DNA of 63,318 bases, filler included, from Octopus bimaculoides (lineage: Eukaryota): NCBI RefSeq assembly GCF_001194135.2. It is 8 parts of 8 records of this genome, joined end to end, with 100 filler letters (N's around TTAATTAATTAA, not from the genome) between each part and the next. Parts side by side here need not be neighbours in the genome. Positions count along the whole stretch, not along the records: positions 62,053 to 63,318 come from NC_069007.1; 7 more parts are not named here. One strand, given 5' to 3'. The notes under the pieces were generated by a model. It saw only the letters and a list, made by a program, of their open reading frames with translations, had not been told where the DNA came from and made no database searches. Below, in pieces: positions 62,096-63,318 of the stretch (position 1 is its first letter; each line of letters starts with the position of its first letter). Made by a program: the position numbers and the translations under genes.

Positions 62096-62925
62096 GCCAT
62101 CATCATCATCATCATCATCGTCATCATCATCATAGTCATCGTCATCGTCATCATCAACATCATCATCGTCATCATCATCGTCGTCATCGTCGTCGTCGTC
62201 GTCGTAATCATTACCATCCACTTCAGCAGCAGGAGCAGCATCAGCCTGATCAACTTCAATAACATTCTTAACAATACAGCAACTACGTCACCACCTACAG
62301 CAATAGCAAGAACAACACCATCGACAGTATCAACAACTCCATGATCAATATCGTCGACGCCGTTGTTATCATCATCATCATCATCACCATCACCTCTTCT
62401 TCTTCTTCTTCTTCTTCTTCTTCTTCTTCTTCTTCTTCTTGTTTTTCTTCTTCTCCTTGTTTGTGTTGCTGTTCTTCTTCTTCTTCTTCTTGCTTTTCTT
62501 ATTATTTTTGTTCTTCTTCTTGCTTTTCTTCTTCTTCTTGTTTTTGTTCTTCTTCTACTTCTACTTCTTCTTCTTCTTCTCCTCCTCCTTCTTCTTCTTC
62601 TTCTTCTTCTTCTTCTTCTTCTTCTCCTTCTGCTTCTTCTTCTTTTTCTTCTTCTTGTTTTTCTTCTTCTTCTTGTTTGTGTTGTTGTTGTTGCTCTTCT
62701 TCTTCTTCTCCCCTTCTTGCTTTTCTTATTATTTTTGTTCTTCTCCTTCTTGCTTTTCTTCTTCTTCTTGTTTTTGTTCTTTTTCTTCTTCTTCTTCTTC
62801 TTCTTCTTCTCCTTCTTCTTCTTCTTCTTCTTCTTCTTCTTCTTCTTCTTCTTCTTCTTCTTCTTCTTCTTCTTCTTCTTCTTCTTCGCCGTCGTCGTTC
62901 TTATCATCATCTTCTCCTCCGTCAG
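62096..62925. repeat. Compound trinucleotide satellite (CAT/CGT then TTC)
   Basis: Seen directly; explains the long low-complexity ORFs here. Confidence 0.92.
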
Positions 62926-62969
62926 CACCTATTTCACTCTTCCTCCTTTTTCATCATCTTCGACGCCTT

Positions 62970-63065
62970 CGTCTTTCCCACCTACCTTCAGACAAAGGGA
63001 AAGAATTCTGCATTATAGACAAACCCACCTACAACAAACAAGCTATCGAACACCTCATTGTAGAA
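62970..63065 (+). mobile_element. Small PLE RT fragment
   Basis: LPSDKGKEFCIIDKPTYNKQAIEHL resembles the PLE xDKG..V..D..Y....HL motif. Confidence 0.45.
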
Positions 63066-63318
63066 TTGCCCCGTCAATGACCCTGAATTGTGCCAGAGCA
63101 CCTATGTTTCATATAAGATCATCTGTGGCGCACAGGCACGCACATCGGCAACATTCGTCTATTTCTTGAAAATGGGGTAATTAACCCCGAAATATTGAAT
63201 ACAAGGAAATTCTATATTAATTCACGTATTTGTTTCCTTGTGATTTACCTTGCATTTACTTCGCATTGTTTGGTCCTTACTCACGATCCTTTATACACTA
63301 CATACATACATATATATA

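Noticed and set aside
62074-63169. Long ORFs of 213-284 aa (poly-K/R, poly-S, poly-L, poly-F)
   Set aside because: Produced by stop-free trinucleotide repeats; no domain content apart from a short PLE fragment at the end.

Overview
AT-rich, intron-containing animal DNA with many assembly gaps. The SINE families, (TA)n density and N44-TTAATTAATTAA-N44 gap spacers suggest an octopus assembly; the species is my inference. The left ~15 kb holds the 5' part of a minus-strand gene whose N-terminus resembles Polyhomeotic (PHC). Its readable coding exons are 10803-10983, 1185-1380 and 74-123, and one further exon is probably hidden in the 8218-8541 gap. A promoter-like island at ~14.6-15.3 kb appears to fire divergently into a plus-strand spliced transcript with a non-coding exon at 18894-19021. 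The rest is mostly transposon debris: several SINE families, RTE, CR1 and R4-like LINEs, Penelope-like elements (PLEs) with minimal hammerhead-like motifs, mariner, maT, piggyBac, hAT/Charlie and hATm-like elements, and fold-back MITEs. There are also telomere-motif palindromes, minisatellites and microsatellites. The most notable items are a PLE hammerhead family with U at core position 6, an RTE insertion with a twin-priming-type 5' inversion, an inverted SINE pair spanning one PHC intron, and two SINE-LINE tail partnerships. I found no clearly new protein-coding system.
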